Under the pieces are notes generated by a model. It saw only the letters and a list, made by a program, of their open reading frames with translations. It was not told the origin of the DNA and did no database searches. From Cyanophora paradoxa CCMP329 (Eukaryota > Plantae > Glaucophyta), in the NCBI GenBank assembly GCA_004431415.1, contig QPMI01000243.1, positions 44,649 through 108,648 on the forward strand: 64,000 nucleotides of DNA, written 5' to 3'. This document shows, in pieces, positions 36,401-50,054 of the stretch; the stretch's first letter is position 1; every line of letters starts with the position of its first letter. The position numbers and the translations under genes were made by a program.

Positions 36401-39400
36401 CCGTTGTGAACACGTCGATGATCTTGTTCCTGCCCGGGCCCGTCAGCGGCGCGGCCGCCCCGGGCGGGGCGAGCGGGGCGCACTGGAAGGTGTCCACGGA
36501 GATGGTCGTCGTGCCGGACATCAGCGAGTCCGACTCGGAGCCCGACGCGTAGTAGATCTGGCCCCGCCTCAGCCGCGCCTCCAGGGCGGCGGGGGGCTCG
36601 AGGGCGGCGGACCGTGCCGTCGATGCCGTACTCGCTGCGCTTGAGGCCGCCGGAGGAGGCGGTGGGGCGGCACAAGGCGGCGTTGCCGACGGCCCAGTCC
36701 CACAACGACTGCGAGTTGGGCGCCGCCGCCGAGACGTCGCGGTTCGCGCAGCCGTCGAAGTTCTCGAAGGGCCACCCCGCCCCGAAGCCGGCCGGGAACC
36801 AGACGCGCGCTGCGGCGCGCCGGCGTCGGCGGGGCCGGGGCGGGGGCCGGGGCGGGGCAGGGACGGGGCGGGGCGGGGCGGGGCGCACAGTTGGACTTCA
36901 TCTCCTTCGTGACGGTCACGGAGAAGAGGAGGACGTCCCGGGGGACGGCGGCCCCCGTCCTGCCCCCGCCCCGCCTCAGACCGCCCCCCGCTTGCTGCGC
37001 GCGCTACGGGCGGGGGGGGGGGGGGGGGGGGGGGCTCGCGGACCCCTGCTGCATCGTGACCTCCAGCTGCGCGGCCACAGATTCAGCGGCGGCCGCAGAC
37101 GGCAAACGCGGGAGGGGAGAGGGGCGCACGTAGCGGCTCCGGGGGATGAGCTTCGCCCGGACGTAGTTGTCGCTGCGCAGCGCGCCGCGCGGTCACGGGT
37201 TGTTCCGACCGTCGTCGCGAGCGCTTCGGGGGGCCCTGCGAACGCACGTGGCGGTCCCGTTGGCGGCTGTGCCGCCGCTCGCCGCGTCCGCCCACTCGAT
37301 GTTGGTGACGAGGGTCATGCCGCACGAGGCGAGCGCCCTGGAAGGAGGCGGCTTCGCTCGAGGGGAAGAGGAGGGGGCGGGGGCGGGGGCGGCGAGGCGG
37401 GGCGCACAGGTCGTCGAACTCGACGTCGGAGAGGATGGGGACGTCGTCGTTGGCGACCGAGCGGTCCAGCCGCTTGAAGCGCGCCACGAAGACCAGCTCG
37501 TCCCCCGGCGCGAAGACCGCCGTCCGCTGCGGCGCCGCCGTCGCGAAGCACTCCGAGGGGGCGGGCCCCTGCCCCGCCAGCGCCACCGCGTCCGCGCTCG
37601 TGTACACCTCGAACGCCACCGGCGCGATGCTGCCGCCCCGTCACGCGGCGCGGGGGGCGCTGCGGGGCCGCCGCGCGCGCACTTGATGTCGCGGGCCGGC
37701 TGGACGAGGGCCGCCTTGACGGAGCCCTCGGGGTTCGCTGCGCCGGCGGTGAGCGCGGCGAGGGCGGCGGAGCGGGGGGAGAGGCGGGGGCGGACCGTCG
37801 GAGATGCAGGAGGCGCCGGTCTCGGTGGCCGAGGCAACGTAGCTCAGCGGGTTGATGCAGCTCTGCGCGCGGTGAGGCGGCGGGGCGGGTCGCGCCCGGC
37901 AGTCGCGGGACTCACGTGGTAGCACGCGCCCTCTGCGGAGCGGAGCGTTCAGAGCGGGCGGGCGGGGCGGCCGCGAATGCGAAGATACGCACTGTCGTCG
38001 GAGGCGGTGCGGGAGGAGCGGCTGTCCACGACCTGCACGCCGCGGGGTGAGCGGCGGCCGGCAGCGCAGGGGGTCGGCCCCGGACGAGTCACCGTGAGGT
38101 TGAGGCCGGAGAGGTCGCCGGAGATGGCGAGGCCGGCGGCGGCGCTGCACTGGGCGACGGCGAGAGCCGACGCCTTGTCCACGATGGCGACGTCGCCCGG
38201 GCCGTCGGCGGCGGCGATCTTGTACGTGAACACCAGGTGGCTCGTCGCCGGGCACACCACTGGAGCGGGGCGGGGCTTGGGCGGGGCGGGGCGGGGCGGG
38301 CCGGGGCGGGGGCGGGGGCGGGCGGACCGTCGTTGTAGGCGGAGGAGAGGGCGAGGAGGGCGTTGAAGGCGGGGGAGCCCGGGGTGCCCACCTGCAGCGT
38401 CGGCTTGCACCGCCGGAACGCCACCAGGTCCATCGGGAGCCGCCGGTTGAACCTGCAGCGCCCCTCAGCAGCCGGCCCGCCGCGCGCGCCGCCCGGGGCC
38501 GGGGGAGGGGGCGCACGTGACGTCGACGGTGATGACCTGATTGCGGACGTACTCGGCGGGGTTCGCGGGGTTCGCCGAGGTGTACTCGTACAGCTGCCGC
38601 GCCCTGAGGCGGCGGAGCGGCGAGGGGGCGCACACGAGGCGGACGGACCACGGCGACGCGCTTGGGGCGGAAGGTCGCCTCCGCGTCCGCGTGCGCGCAC
38701 GGCTTGCCTGCGCGCGGGTCGAATCCCCGCGGCGCGGGGCGAGGGCGGGAGGCGCGGGGGCTCACAGCTGGGGCTCTCGGCGGACTGTGCCTCGGCGCGC
38801 ATGCGGTATGCCTCGAGAGAGGCGGGGCGGACGACGAGGCCGCCCGATGCGAGGCGCCCGACGGGCAGCGTCAGCAGCGCCGGGCGGTTGGAGCGGGCGT
38901 CGACGATGCTGGCGCCGTTCGGGTCGAGGGAGGAGCTGTTGCGGACGTCGAGGAGGACGAGGCGGCGCGAGCCGGGCACCGCCTCCGACGCGTCCCCGGG
39001 GCCCACCGCGCTGCGCCGGCTCAGCCGCGCGGGCGACCCTGGGCGAGAGGCGCGGGGGCCGCACTAGGAGAACTTGAGGAGGGAGGTGCCCTCGGGCGAG
39101 GTCTCCATCGAGCTCCTGGCGGGGGCGCGTGAGGGCGGGGGCGCGGGGGAAGGACGGGCGGGGCGCGTCGGGGCGGCGTACACGTAGGCCTCGACGGGGC
39201 CCAGCGCGCTGTTGAGGTAGAGGCGCGGCAGGCCGGCCACTGGCGGGGGGCAGCGTCAAAGCGGCGCAGCGGGGAGGGCGGGGGCGGGGCGGACGGGTGT
39301 TGGCGACGGTGACGGGGCGGGCGAACTTGACGTTGATGACGCTGCGGGGGCTCAGCGGGCGCGGGAGGGGGCCGCCGCGGGCAGCCGGCGGGGCCGGGGC

Positions 39401-42400
39401 GGAGCGCACATGACGGCGCCGTCGGAGTAGTTGCCGGCGGGCAGCGTGGTGTAGACGTCCAGGACCTTGTTCCTGCCCCCGCGCTCAGCGAGGCGCCGGG
39501 GCGGCGGGGGCGGCGGGGGGGCGCGCTGGAAGCTGTCGAAGGAGACGGAGACGCCGCCCGTGTACGCCGATTTCACCTCCGAGCCCGAGTTGTAGTAGAC
39601 CTGCGCCCCCCCGTGAGGCCGCGGCCAGCGAGGGGGCACCCCGGCCGGGGGGCGGACGTTGAGGTCGATGCCGTAGGTCGGCTCGGGGCCGGCCTTGCAG
39701 AGGGCCGGGGCGCCGGCGGACCAGGACCAGACGCCGTCGGGCGCGCGCGCGTCCACGATCGAGTTGTTGCAGCTCGCGAGGTTCGTGAAGGGGTAGCCCG
39801 GCGCGCCCCCCGAGGGGAACATGATGCGAGCTGGCCGAGCGCGGGGTCCGTGAGCCCCCAGGCCAGGGCGAGGGGCTCGGGCGCGGGCGGACGCTGGGAG
39901 AGCATGGTGCCGTCGAGCTTGGCGCTGAAGAGGAGGACGTCCTCGGGCGGGACGACCCCCTGCGCGCGCCCCCGCATCAGCCCCGTGCCCGAACACGACG
40001 GGAGGCGGGGCGCACCATGCTGCAGATTCACGGCGCAGGAGGAACGCGGAGAACGTTAGCGAGACTGTGGCACAGCGGGAAACGCCCCCGCCGGCGCACC
40101 CCTGCTGGAAGGTGACGTCGAGCTGCGGGGCAGGGGCGCGGGTCAGCGGCTGGCGAGGGCCTCGGGGCGGGGCGGGGCGGGGCGGGGCGGGGGCGCACGT
40201 AGCGGGAGCGGGGGATGAGGTCCAACTTGACGACGTGCGGCTTGCTGCGCGGGGGCGGGGGGGTTGAGGCGGGGCCCGGGGCCGGCGCGGGGCGCGGGGC
40301 CGGGGACCTCTTGGTGGAGTCGGAGTACTCGATGTTGGTGGCGAGCTGCATGCGGCAGCCGGCCTCGTGGAGGTCGGGGAAGGCCACCTCGCGCAGCACC
40401 GGCACCTCCAGGACCTGCGCCAGCTCCCCGTCCCGCGGGCTCGCCAGCGGCTTCAGCTTCCTCGACAGGCCCTTGAACTGCACCGCCACCACCAGCTCGT
40501 CCCCCGGCGAGAGCACCGTCGTCCCCGTCGGCGCCGCCGGGGCCGACGCCAGGCACGGGGCGGCGGCGGCCTCCTGGCCCACCACCGGCGTCAGGTCGTT
40601 CGCCGCGTACACCGAGAAGAGCGCCGGCGCGATGCTGCGGCCGCCGTCAGGGGGGAGCCGCGCGCTACAGGAGGGGTGGGCGGACGCGAGGGGGGCGGTG
40701 AGGTTGACGCGCGCGGCCCTGAGCACGCCCGCCGCGTTCGCTGCGCGCACTCAGCTGGGCACAAGCAGAGTTCCCAGCACTCTGTGTACCGTCCGAGATG
40801 CACGGGACGAGGTTGAGCTGGCCGACGCTGTACGAGAAGACGCCGCTGGGGCCGATGCAGGGCTGCGAGTGCGTCAGCGGGGGAGACGAGGACGTGCTCA
40901 GTGCGAGTCACCAGGTAGCACGTCTTGTCTGCGGGGGAAACAGGACTTCAGAGGGCGCGCGGAGCCACAAGAGACGGCTTCGCACCGTCGTTCGCGACGT
41001 TGACGGAGAGGCCGTCGACGACCTTCAGCGGGAGGGCCGAGAGGTCCGAGACGACGCGGACGGCCGCGGGGAAGTTGCACCCCGCGAAGGCGAGCGCCGT
41101 CGCCTTGTCCGCGATGACGATGTCGGCGTAGCGCTCCCCGGCCACGCCGCTCGCCCCGTCCAGGTCCGAGGACTCGATCTGGTAGAAGAAGGAGACGCGC
41201 CAGAGGCCCGGCTCGCCCCCGTCCCCCTTGCAGTACTCTGCGCGCACGTCAGCTCGCGCGGGAGCGGCGGGCGGGGCGCGGGCGGGCCGTCTCTGGTGGA
41301 GCGGAGGAGCGCGAACTGCCGGGTGACGCTCTTGCCGCTCGGCGAAGCGAACTGGACGGCGAGGGTCGGCTCCGTGGGGCAGATCGCGCGGTCCGCCAGG
41401 GACGGGAAGTCGACGCCGGCGGGCGTGCTGAACCTGCAAGCGTGCCCGGCGAATGAGCCCGAATGAGCACCACCAAACAAGAGCAGCGGGCGCACGTGAC
41501 GTCGATCTGGGCGACGTCGCCCTGGCGGAACTGGGCGGGGTGCTCGGGGTTGGACGACTCGTACGAGTAGACGACCGCCATCTTGACGGGCTCAATGGCC
41601 GACGCGCTCAGGCCTGCCGGGCAGCACCTGCCCGCAGGGTTAGACGAGGCGAGGCCACAGCGGGAAAAGCTGCGGGTGACTAGACGCACGCGTCCTTGTC
41701 GATGGTGACCGAGTCGATGACGCGGGCGCGGTACTGGTCCAGAAGGACGGGAGAGACGATAAGCCGGCCGGTGGACAGCTTGCCTTTGGGGAGTGTTGTG
41801 CTAGCGCTTCGCCCAGTGCGGACATCCTGCCCATTGCCCATGGCGGGTGAGGAACCGCGGGTGAGGAACTGCCCCATCATTCCTAAGAGCAGGCGGCTGA
41901 CCTGTATGACACAGCTGTTGAGCTCCAGGCGATCCACATCGAGATACGTCAGCACGCGCGATCCGACGGTCACTTCGCTGGCGTCGCTCGCGCCGACGGT
42001 GCTGTCGTATCGCCCAGTTAAACATTATGCAAAACATCGAGGGGTCTCAAACGTACTAGTAGAATGTCAGGATGCTCGTGCCCTCATCCGTGGAGGCTTG
42101 TGTGAGAGAGAACGGTATCGCCCGGCTTGTGCTCGTGACGTAGAGGAGAGGCAGGCCGGCCTCTGCAAGGCAAGGGGGCGATCGGAACGGATCAGCGAAG
42201 CCGGGACTGCTTCTGAAAAAGTTGGCGCACGTGTGTTGCCAAGCACAACGGGGCGAGCGAAGCGAAGATTGATGTCGATGATCACGCCCTCAACGTACGC
42301 GCCTTCCCTCGCTGTCGTGTAGATGTCGACGATCTTGTTCCTGCTCGAATGTGAGACCAAAAGCTAGAGCAGCACCTGGCCAGCGATATAAGCGCACTGG

Positions 42401-45400
42401 AACGTATCGACCGACGCAGTTGTGATGCCCGTGAAAATGGAGTCGACAATCGATCCAGAAGCGAACGCCACCTGCCAAAGCTGTAAGCGGATAATCTTTG
42501 AGCGGGATATCATGAGATTGAATCATGTACATCGAAGTCAATGCCGTAGGCTGAATTTCTCGTGCCGTCTTTTGGGTTACACTTTTGAATGTTGCCCTTC
42601 GCCCAATCCCTGTCGAAAACTGTCATATGCAAGCGAAAGTGTTGCGACACTGAACAAGCAGAGCGGGTAAACGCACCAGGCAGACGAATACAATCCAGCT
42701 TGAGGAACCGCAGACACGAGCTTGTTCTCGCAAGAATCGAAGTTTTCAAACGGGTAGCTCTACGAGCGCGTACGCTTAGAGATGCAGGAACCTTCTAAAC
42801 AATTTTTGACATTCACAGCGCACGGCTTGAGAGAACATCGGCGACAAGAATAGATTCGCTGCATAACGTTTAGTCCCAACTGTGAAAAAGAGACCACATA
42901 AGAAAATGAAGTGCTCACGGTTCGATTGCATATCCTCTGTTACTTTCAAAGTGAAGAGCAGAATGTTGCCCGGGATACTCGCGCCAGTTCTAATTCGAAA
43001 TCGTGAGGTACCAAGAGAGGCCATGGACAGAAAACACTGCACCCGAGTTGGAAAGTCTTGTCAGGCTGCGTTTAGACCGCACGTAAGCAAGAGCATAGAA
43101 AAAAACTGTTCGATCATTGACTGAGAGACGCACGAATTCACTGCGGGGAATAAGAAGTGCCTTTGCTGGGCCGCTCCCGTTGCTGTACTGAACGTTCAAC
43201 GCGAGCGTCATGTTGCATCCGGCTTTGAACAGGTCGTCGAAATCGATGAGCTGAAACTGCAGTTCGAGCTCCTCGACACCGATGAGACTTTTCGTTTGCA
43301 CGTCGCCTATTTTTTTCCCCAGGATTTCTCGAAGAGTGGATACGACTTTCCGCGGAGGCAGAAGCTGCTTAAATGCAACGGCGATGACAATCTCGTCTCC
43401 AACAGTGAACACAACACTTCTCTCAGGCGCTTTGCCAGACTCGAAGCAACTGCTCGTTACACGAGATTGCGAAGTCGCCAGAACCGCGCCCTTGGGAGAG
43501 TAAACACGGTACGAAGTAGGCACGATGCTACACAAGCGAAGTCAAAAATGAGAGCGTGCTTGCACACAGCCGCTGAAATAGAGGAGAACGCACACAACGC
43601 TCCTGTTGACGTTGACGCGCGCAAACTTTACAACGTTGCCAGTGATTGCTATGCAATATTGTGTCAGGCTGGATAAAACCGAACGCAACGTTAACCTCAC
43701 CTGGAAATCTTGCGTTGTTGTTCTCCCGGATGCACGTGTTGTCAACCGCGAAGATCTTTTGATCACTATCCCAAACACCCGGAAGACTCATAGGCTGCCC
43801 GTTGTTCACGCCATTCAGGAATGAAAGGACTTCCTTGTAGGGCTTCATCAAACTTTCGTAGTTGTCATCGTACGGGTCCAGTTCCGACTGCATTTCGACC
43901 GCTTTCGAGATGGCGTTGCCTGACAAGAAACCCGGTCCTCCTGGCATGCAGGGCTGCATGCACAAACCATTCAGAACAGAACTCAAAGAGAGAGCAGAAG
44001 AACAACCTCCATGTAAAAATAAAGAGAACCTTGTAGCACGAATCTTCGAAGCCGTACCGATCCCTGGCCTGTCCATCTAACACGTATAGCTCGAGAGTGG
44101 AAAGGTCGATGATCATGTTGAGCTGCTGAAGCTGACTTGAACAGGTTCCGAAGGACAGTGCTGTTGTTTTGTTCTTCACGACAATGTCGCCGTCTTTGTC
44201 GCCATCGCCAATCGTGTGGGAGAAGCGGAGATAGCTGATGGCGTAGGTTGCTGTTCAAAGTTCAGTCGACATCAGCAGTCATGACCTGTTGAACGCAATC
44301 GATTATATTGCATACTCACCGTCATTAGAAGCCTCCACAAGCGAAAATGATGCTTGAAAATCGCCCTCTCCACGCCCCACGAGCAGCGAGGCGTTGCAAT
44401 TGAGCAAATCGATACTCGAGGGCAGCGGCTTGTTAAACCTGCAAAAGTTTACAGAGGTTGTTGTCAGATGCAGGGATCGGCCAAGGATTAGAGTGCGCCG
44501 GCAACTATGCTAACGTGATCTCGACGACGATAGTCTGTCCCCGGAGGTACTCCGCAGTGTTCGACTCGTGAGAGGAGTTGTAGTTGTAGACCTGCCAATG
44601 CGTCACTCCATCTCAACCTACAACAGCAAAAGCGCCAGCACGGACCACAGAGAGACGGATAGGGCGAATGTGAGTGTCACTTGGATTTGCGAGCTGACAA
44701 TCACATCTGCCGATCGCGACGGGATTTATCGCATTTTTCTAATGAACCCAAGCTGGAAGACAAGCAGATAAACTCGAACCCGGTTGCTTTCGCATGCGCC
44801 TCTCTAAGATCGATTGATTATTAGATCATCGAAGTACGCAAAGAACGAATTAACTACACTTTCGACGCACTTGACAAACACATTGGCACCACGCGCCTTC
44901 TCAACGATACTGCCCTGACCGCCAGTAGCAGGGCACTCGCATCTGCAGTATGTGCAGAAGTCCCTGCCAACAGATAAGCTTGCGCATACAATGCACGCGC
45001 TCAAGGGATCCGTACTCAGGTGCATCTTCCTGTGGATTGACAGAAGGAATATCCGTATACGTTTGTCATCGACTTCGATACGAAATTCACCACAGAGACA
45101 CACAGACCTTCGTGCACACTCCACAGTAATTCTCCATATAGGGGTTGAACGTTCTGAAGTTCCTTGAATCACACTGTACAGGTTAAACGTGATTGAGCAA
45201 TAAATTTAGCGCTCTGTGGAAATGACTTAGGAAGCTATTGCGAGCCTGGCACTTGGAGTTCATGTCAGAGTAGTCAATGCCATGATTCCAGCACACGTCG
45301 CAGTACTGTTTGCGGTTTAGCTCTCGCCTAAACAAAGGGACCAGGCAGAGAGAGCGATCCTCGCCTTTGAATACTGGATGTAGTACTTCATGCCTTGGGG

Positions 45401-46807
45401 ATCCGCCGGGAACGTTGTCATCAGCTTGGGGTATTCCGGACCTTCATTCGCTGTACCAAACCTGGAATGATGCCAGGGTGAACCAAAGATGACAAGCGAG
45501 TGAAGCTGCAAGCGAACCCGTAGTACTCGCTTAGGGTTAACTCTCTCTCGGTACGGTTGTTGTAGAAGTAGACCATGTACTTCGCCGGCTCGTACGAGGA
45601 GTGGCATGACTTGCAGAATTCTAGACTGCTCTCATCGGCATCCCAAAAGTCTTGGAAGACCATAGCCTGCACAGGGTTCGCGATTGATCAGGTATTAAAA
45701 ACCAGGTGGGGTGGGGGGGGGGGGGGTGGGGTGGGAATGGGGAAGAAACTGAAGGGAGAAAGAAGGGGGGGGGGGGGGGGGGGGGGGGAGCGGGGGGCAA
45801 ACCTCGAGGAAGGGATAATCGTAGTCATCTGTTTCCGAAGTGGATTTGTCAATAGCCCATAGGATCGGTGAGATTGTGCTGTGTGGATATGATTGGCGAA
45901 ACTTCAAGGTCGATCAAAAAGTTTCATACTTATAGTCGATCGGATACGCAGAAGTGAGGTCGTAATACCAAGAACCCTCATCGGATTCATACCACTCATG
46001 CCCCTCGGGAATCATCCATTCGCCGAAGTCTGTGTCAAAAACTGTGTTACCGTCGTAGTTCCCACTCGTCAACTCGAATGCAAATTCCGTCGATCCTAAG
46101 TCGTTTGGGTCCCACGGATTCGTGATGCCGCCAGGATAGCGCGTGACATTGTTGACTGAGGACCGATCCAGCCACACATCAACCGCGGCCCCGGTAGAGT
46201 TCACGGGCCAGGAATCGACAGTCCAGCTGGTCGGGTCGTCCACAGGGTCGTACGCGGCCGGCAGCTCCTTCCAAAGCGAAACGGGGCAACCCGGATACGG
46301 GACCCACCAGCAATACAATTGCGGATTCTCGCATGTTCCTGAAGGAAGAGCACGAAAGTTAAGTCAGCAGCGGTGACAGATCTAGAGTGCGCGCGGAGGG
46401 GGAGGGGGGGGGGGGGGCGATCGGGAGGAGACCGGGGGGCGGGGGGGGAGAGAGAGGGGGGTAGGGGGATAAGGCGCAGAACAAGCGGATACCCGGCAGA
46501 GGAAGGCGGGGTCTCCGATGGGATACAGGGAAAATAATGAAGCACGGGCAAGGGGGGGGGGTACGCTACAGGATAGTGGCGCGTGGGACTAGGTGATGGG
46601 GGCTAGGGACTGAAGACTGGAGGGTTACGGACGCGCACCCCATTTGGCGCCATCGATGCGCACTGCTGCCGTTAGTAACAAAAGCACCAATAGCTGCACG
46701 GCTCCGCTAGAGCCGCCTCTCTGCATGCAAACCGTTAGGGCGGGAAACTGGCTTGAATCCAAGGAAGCGCTAGGCACTAGCGAGGCGGCAGGACTTGCCA
46801 TCCCCAT
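33408..46807 (-). CDS. Giant Cys-less (Pro-loop) pentameric ligand-gated ion channel subunit with signal peptide, Cys-rich head and three tandem macro-repeats of Ig-like adhesin-type modules
   Basis: Ligand-binding domain SFKADI..WTDLRF..IWEP...FTN..GSV..YKRF..FFSEMDVSKYPFDTQTF; M1 NILFPIALI; M2 DGRVSVCAVGISATLGFSFVV..PPVSYVT; M3; M4 NLWARSILLFFFVLF; repeated exon motifs NK(I/V)xD(I/V)(Y/F)TT and YGID occur three times upstream; continuity of the 5' low-GC exons is less certain. Confidence 0.8.
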
Positions 46808-46833
46808 TCTTTGACGAGAAGGCGCTCCGCGAA

Positions 46834-46899
46834 TGTTGACACGCGTGCTGTGGGACTGGTAAGCATTTAAGCGCTGTTGACACGCGCGCTGTGGGACTG
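46834..46899. repeat. Direct repeat of a 25-bp unit immediately upstream of the channel gene start
   Basis: TGTTGACACGCG(T/C)GCTGTGGGACTG at 46834-46858 and 46875-46899. Confidence 0.8.
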
Positions 46900-47873
46900 C
46901 TCACGTCTGTTAACTCACAGGGGCGAGCAACTCACAGGGTCGGCGCTGTGTGTCTTATCCGCAGAGCAATCTGCGGCCGCGCTCAGTGATTATTATGATG
47001 AGGCCGCAATCTTCTCATGTCTAGCGCCTCGAACTCGAGCTCTTATCTAAGCTGTGGCTGGAGAGGACCTGGGCCGTCGTAGCACAGGTGCCGAACAGCT
47101 TCTGCCGTAGATTTACCGGGTCGCTTCGCCCACTAACCGCTGTTCGCTCTGTACATGCATATGTGTGAGCCTGCTAGCGCCTGTAACGGGCGGCGCTGCC
47201 CGCTGGACACGAGCACTCACCGGCAGCACGTGGAAGATGGGTGGGAATCACGCCTGCAAAGCACGCCTGCAAAGCGCCTGCAAGCGTTTGAGATAAGGCC
47301 TAGGGTGGCGGTAGAATCCGAATGGAGAAGAGGCGAGCTAGTCCATCACAACGCTCATCGGGCGACAAGGAAGCGCCCAACTTGCGGCCCAAGCATACGC
47401 CGTGCGGGCACGCTTGAGCCCCCGCTTTCCCTTCAGCTGGCGGGCCTCAGGGCCTCCCAACTATCTTTTGCGCACCGACGACACGATTGCCGCCGGTGAC
47501 TCCGCTCGCCTCTGCCCGCTCGTGGACTTCGTTGGCGGCAGCTGAGCCGCAGCTCTTGTCCCCGGGTACGCGCGCTGGCGCCAAAAAAACCCGAGACGGA
47601 ACCTCGAGCTCGACGTCGACGTCGACGTCGACGTCGATCGCGATCGACTTAAGGCTTCGAAAAATTCGCTGCTTCAATACATTAATCGGCGGCCGCCGGC
47701 CGCGGGGGGACCAGGGGACCGGCGGGGCCGCGGGGGTGCATGCGCTAGCGCTACGCAGCAGTCCGGTCAACGCTCGAACAAACGCTGCGAGTGTCTGTCT
47801 CTGTGACAACTGCAGCCTGCCTGGAGAACGCGGAAAGCTAGGCAGCCTAGAAAAGCAACGCTCGCGCTCAAGC

Positions 47874-50054
47874 TCAGGCCACGGGCGGCCGCCCGCCGTG
47901 CGACTGGATCCCGTTGATGCCCGGCGACGGCGTTCTCCTCTCCGTCGGCGGCGTCGGCGTGAAGCGCGGCGCCGACGCCTGCATGTCGGGCGGCGCCTGC
48001 GTGACGAAAGCTGCGGGGAGGCGGCGTGTCAGCACGGCGGGGCACAACCAGAACGGGGGGGCCGCACTGGAGGTGGGGTAGGCGGCGGCGAAGGTGGGCT
48101 CGGGGTCGTCGAAGGAGTGGGGGGGCAGCTGCGGGGGGGGCGCCCTGCGGGGGCCTCGGCGCCGGAGCGAGCGGGGGCGGGGCGGGGGCGGACCGCTGGG
48201 CGTTGTTGATCTTGGCGAAGAGGAGGCGGAGGACGCGCTCCTTGTCCTCCCAGGAGAGGTCCCGGATGTCCACCTTCTGGGTCGGCGTCGTCGGCAGCTG
48301 GCTCGCCCCCGCCTCGCCCCCGAACTGCGTCCGGATGGTCGGGAACTTGACCCCCGACTTGCCGACGCTCGCCTCCCGGAACTGCTTGGCGTAGCGCTCC
48401 CGCTCGGCCGCCTCGCCTTCGGCGCGCTGCCGGCCGATCTCCCGCCGCACGTGGTCCAGCGCCTCCAGGAAAAAGGCCTCGACCTCCGTCCGCTGCTCCA
48501 GGATCTCCGCCGCCAGCTTCCGCACCTGCTTGAACTCCTTCCCCTTGATCTTCAGCAGCTTCTTCAGCGCCGCGATCTGCCCCCGCTCAGCGCCGCCCGG
48601 TCGCGGGGGAAAGCCGGCGGGGCGGGGGGGGGGGGGCACCTCGGTGCGGGCCTCCTCGAGGGCGGCCGAGTGCGCCGCCTCGGCCTTCTCCTTCTCCGCG
48701 GCGAAGTCCGCCGCCATCTGCCCCAGCGACCGCTCCAGGCTCTTGATCTTCGCCTGCAGGTCCCGGATCTGCCCCGCAAGCACCCTCAGCGCCGGCCGCC
48801 CGGGCGGAGGAGGAGCGGGCGGGCGGGCGGGCGGGCGGGCGGGCCTCCTTGTTCTGCTTCTGGCCCTTGGCGGCCCACTCCTGGGTGAGCTCCTTGGAGA
48901 TGACCATCTCGCGCTTCAGCTCCCGGCTCTCCTCCTCCAGCTGCTTCTTCGCCCGCTGCAGCTCCTCCGTCTCCTGCCGCCCCCGCCCCGCCCCGTCGGC
49001 CCCCGCTTCGCGCCCGCGCCCGCGCCCCAGGCGGCCGGGCGGACCGTGACGTGCAGCTTGAGCTCGTCGGCCATGCGGCGGTTCTGCTGCAGCACCCGCT
49101 TCGTGCTCTCGTCCAGCCGCTCCACCACGTCCTGGCCCCGGGCCCCTCGGCGCCCGAGCGGCGAGGGGCGCCCGCGCGGCGCCGCGCACCTCTTCGACTC
49201 GCTTCCGCAGATCCGCAAGCTTCATCTCCGCCTCCTTCTCCACGTGGATCTGCCGCCCCGCTGCCTGAGCGCGCAATGGGGGCGGGGCGGCGGCGAGCGG
49301 GGCGCGCCTTCTCGGCGATATACTTGCGCTCGAGGGCGCGCATCTCCTCCTCGTGGCGGTTCTTGGCCTGCGAGAGCTCGGACTCCAGGTTCTGCAGCCG
49401 CTCGATGATCATGCGCCGGTTCTCCTGCTCGCCGGCGCCCCCCGTCAGCCGCGCGCCCCGCCCCGCCCCGCCCCGCCCCGCCCCGCGCCCCCCCGCGCGC
49501 TGCGCAGCGGACCTTGAACTCGGCCAAGATCGAGTTCTCGTCCCGCAGCATCTGAAGCTCGTCCATCAGCTGCTGTTCCCGAATGTCGAACTTGTCTGCC
49601 TGGTCTGCGCCCCGCACGCGCTCAGCGCGCCGCGTGCCGGGGCGGCGTGCCGCGGGCCCGCCGCACACCCTTCATCTTCTGCTGGAAGACCGCCTCCATG
49701 TACTCGCGCTCCTTCTTCCACGTCTCCTGCGCCTGCGCGTACGCTTCTTGCAGCGTCTTGAACGCCTCCTCGCGCTTCCGCATCTCCTCTTCAAAGAAGC
49801 CCGTGATCTCAAGCTGCGGGCAGCGGGTTCGAGCGGCGAAGGCTCGGAGCGGCGGGCTGCACACACCCCGTCCCGCTCCTTCTTGTGCAGGTCGGTAAGG
49901 AGCTTCTCGTTCTCGCTCCGCCTGCAGTGACCACAGTTAGACGGCCCGAGCCGGCGCAAAGCTGGAAAACGGACATCTTGTCGATGCGGAGTTTGTACTC
50001 GTCCATGGCTCCTTTCCGAGCCTTGAGCTCATCCAGCATAACTGTCTCCGCCAT
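47874..50054 (-). CDS. BBOF1: Basal body orientation factor 1 (CCDC176) homolog
   Basis: Coiled coil with RKLAAEILEQRTEVEAFFLEALDHVRREI and KVDIRDLSWEDKERVLRLLFAKIN, characteristic of BBOF1; start may lie further upstream. Confidence 0.85.

Noticed and set aside
41600-46800. Low-GC block as a foreign insertion or contaminant
   Set aside because: It encodes spliced exons homologous to the adjacent GC-rich repeats, on the same strand and in the same order
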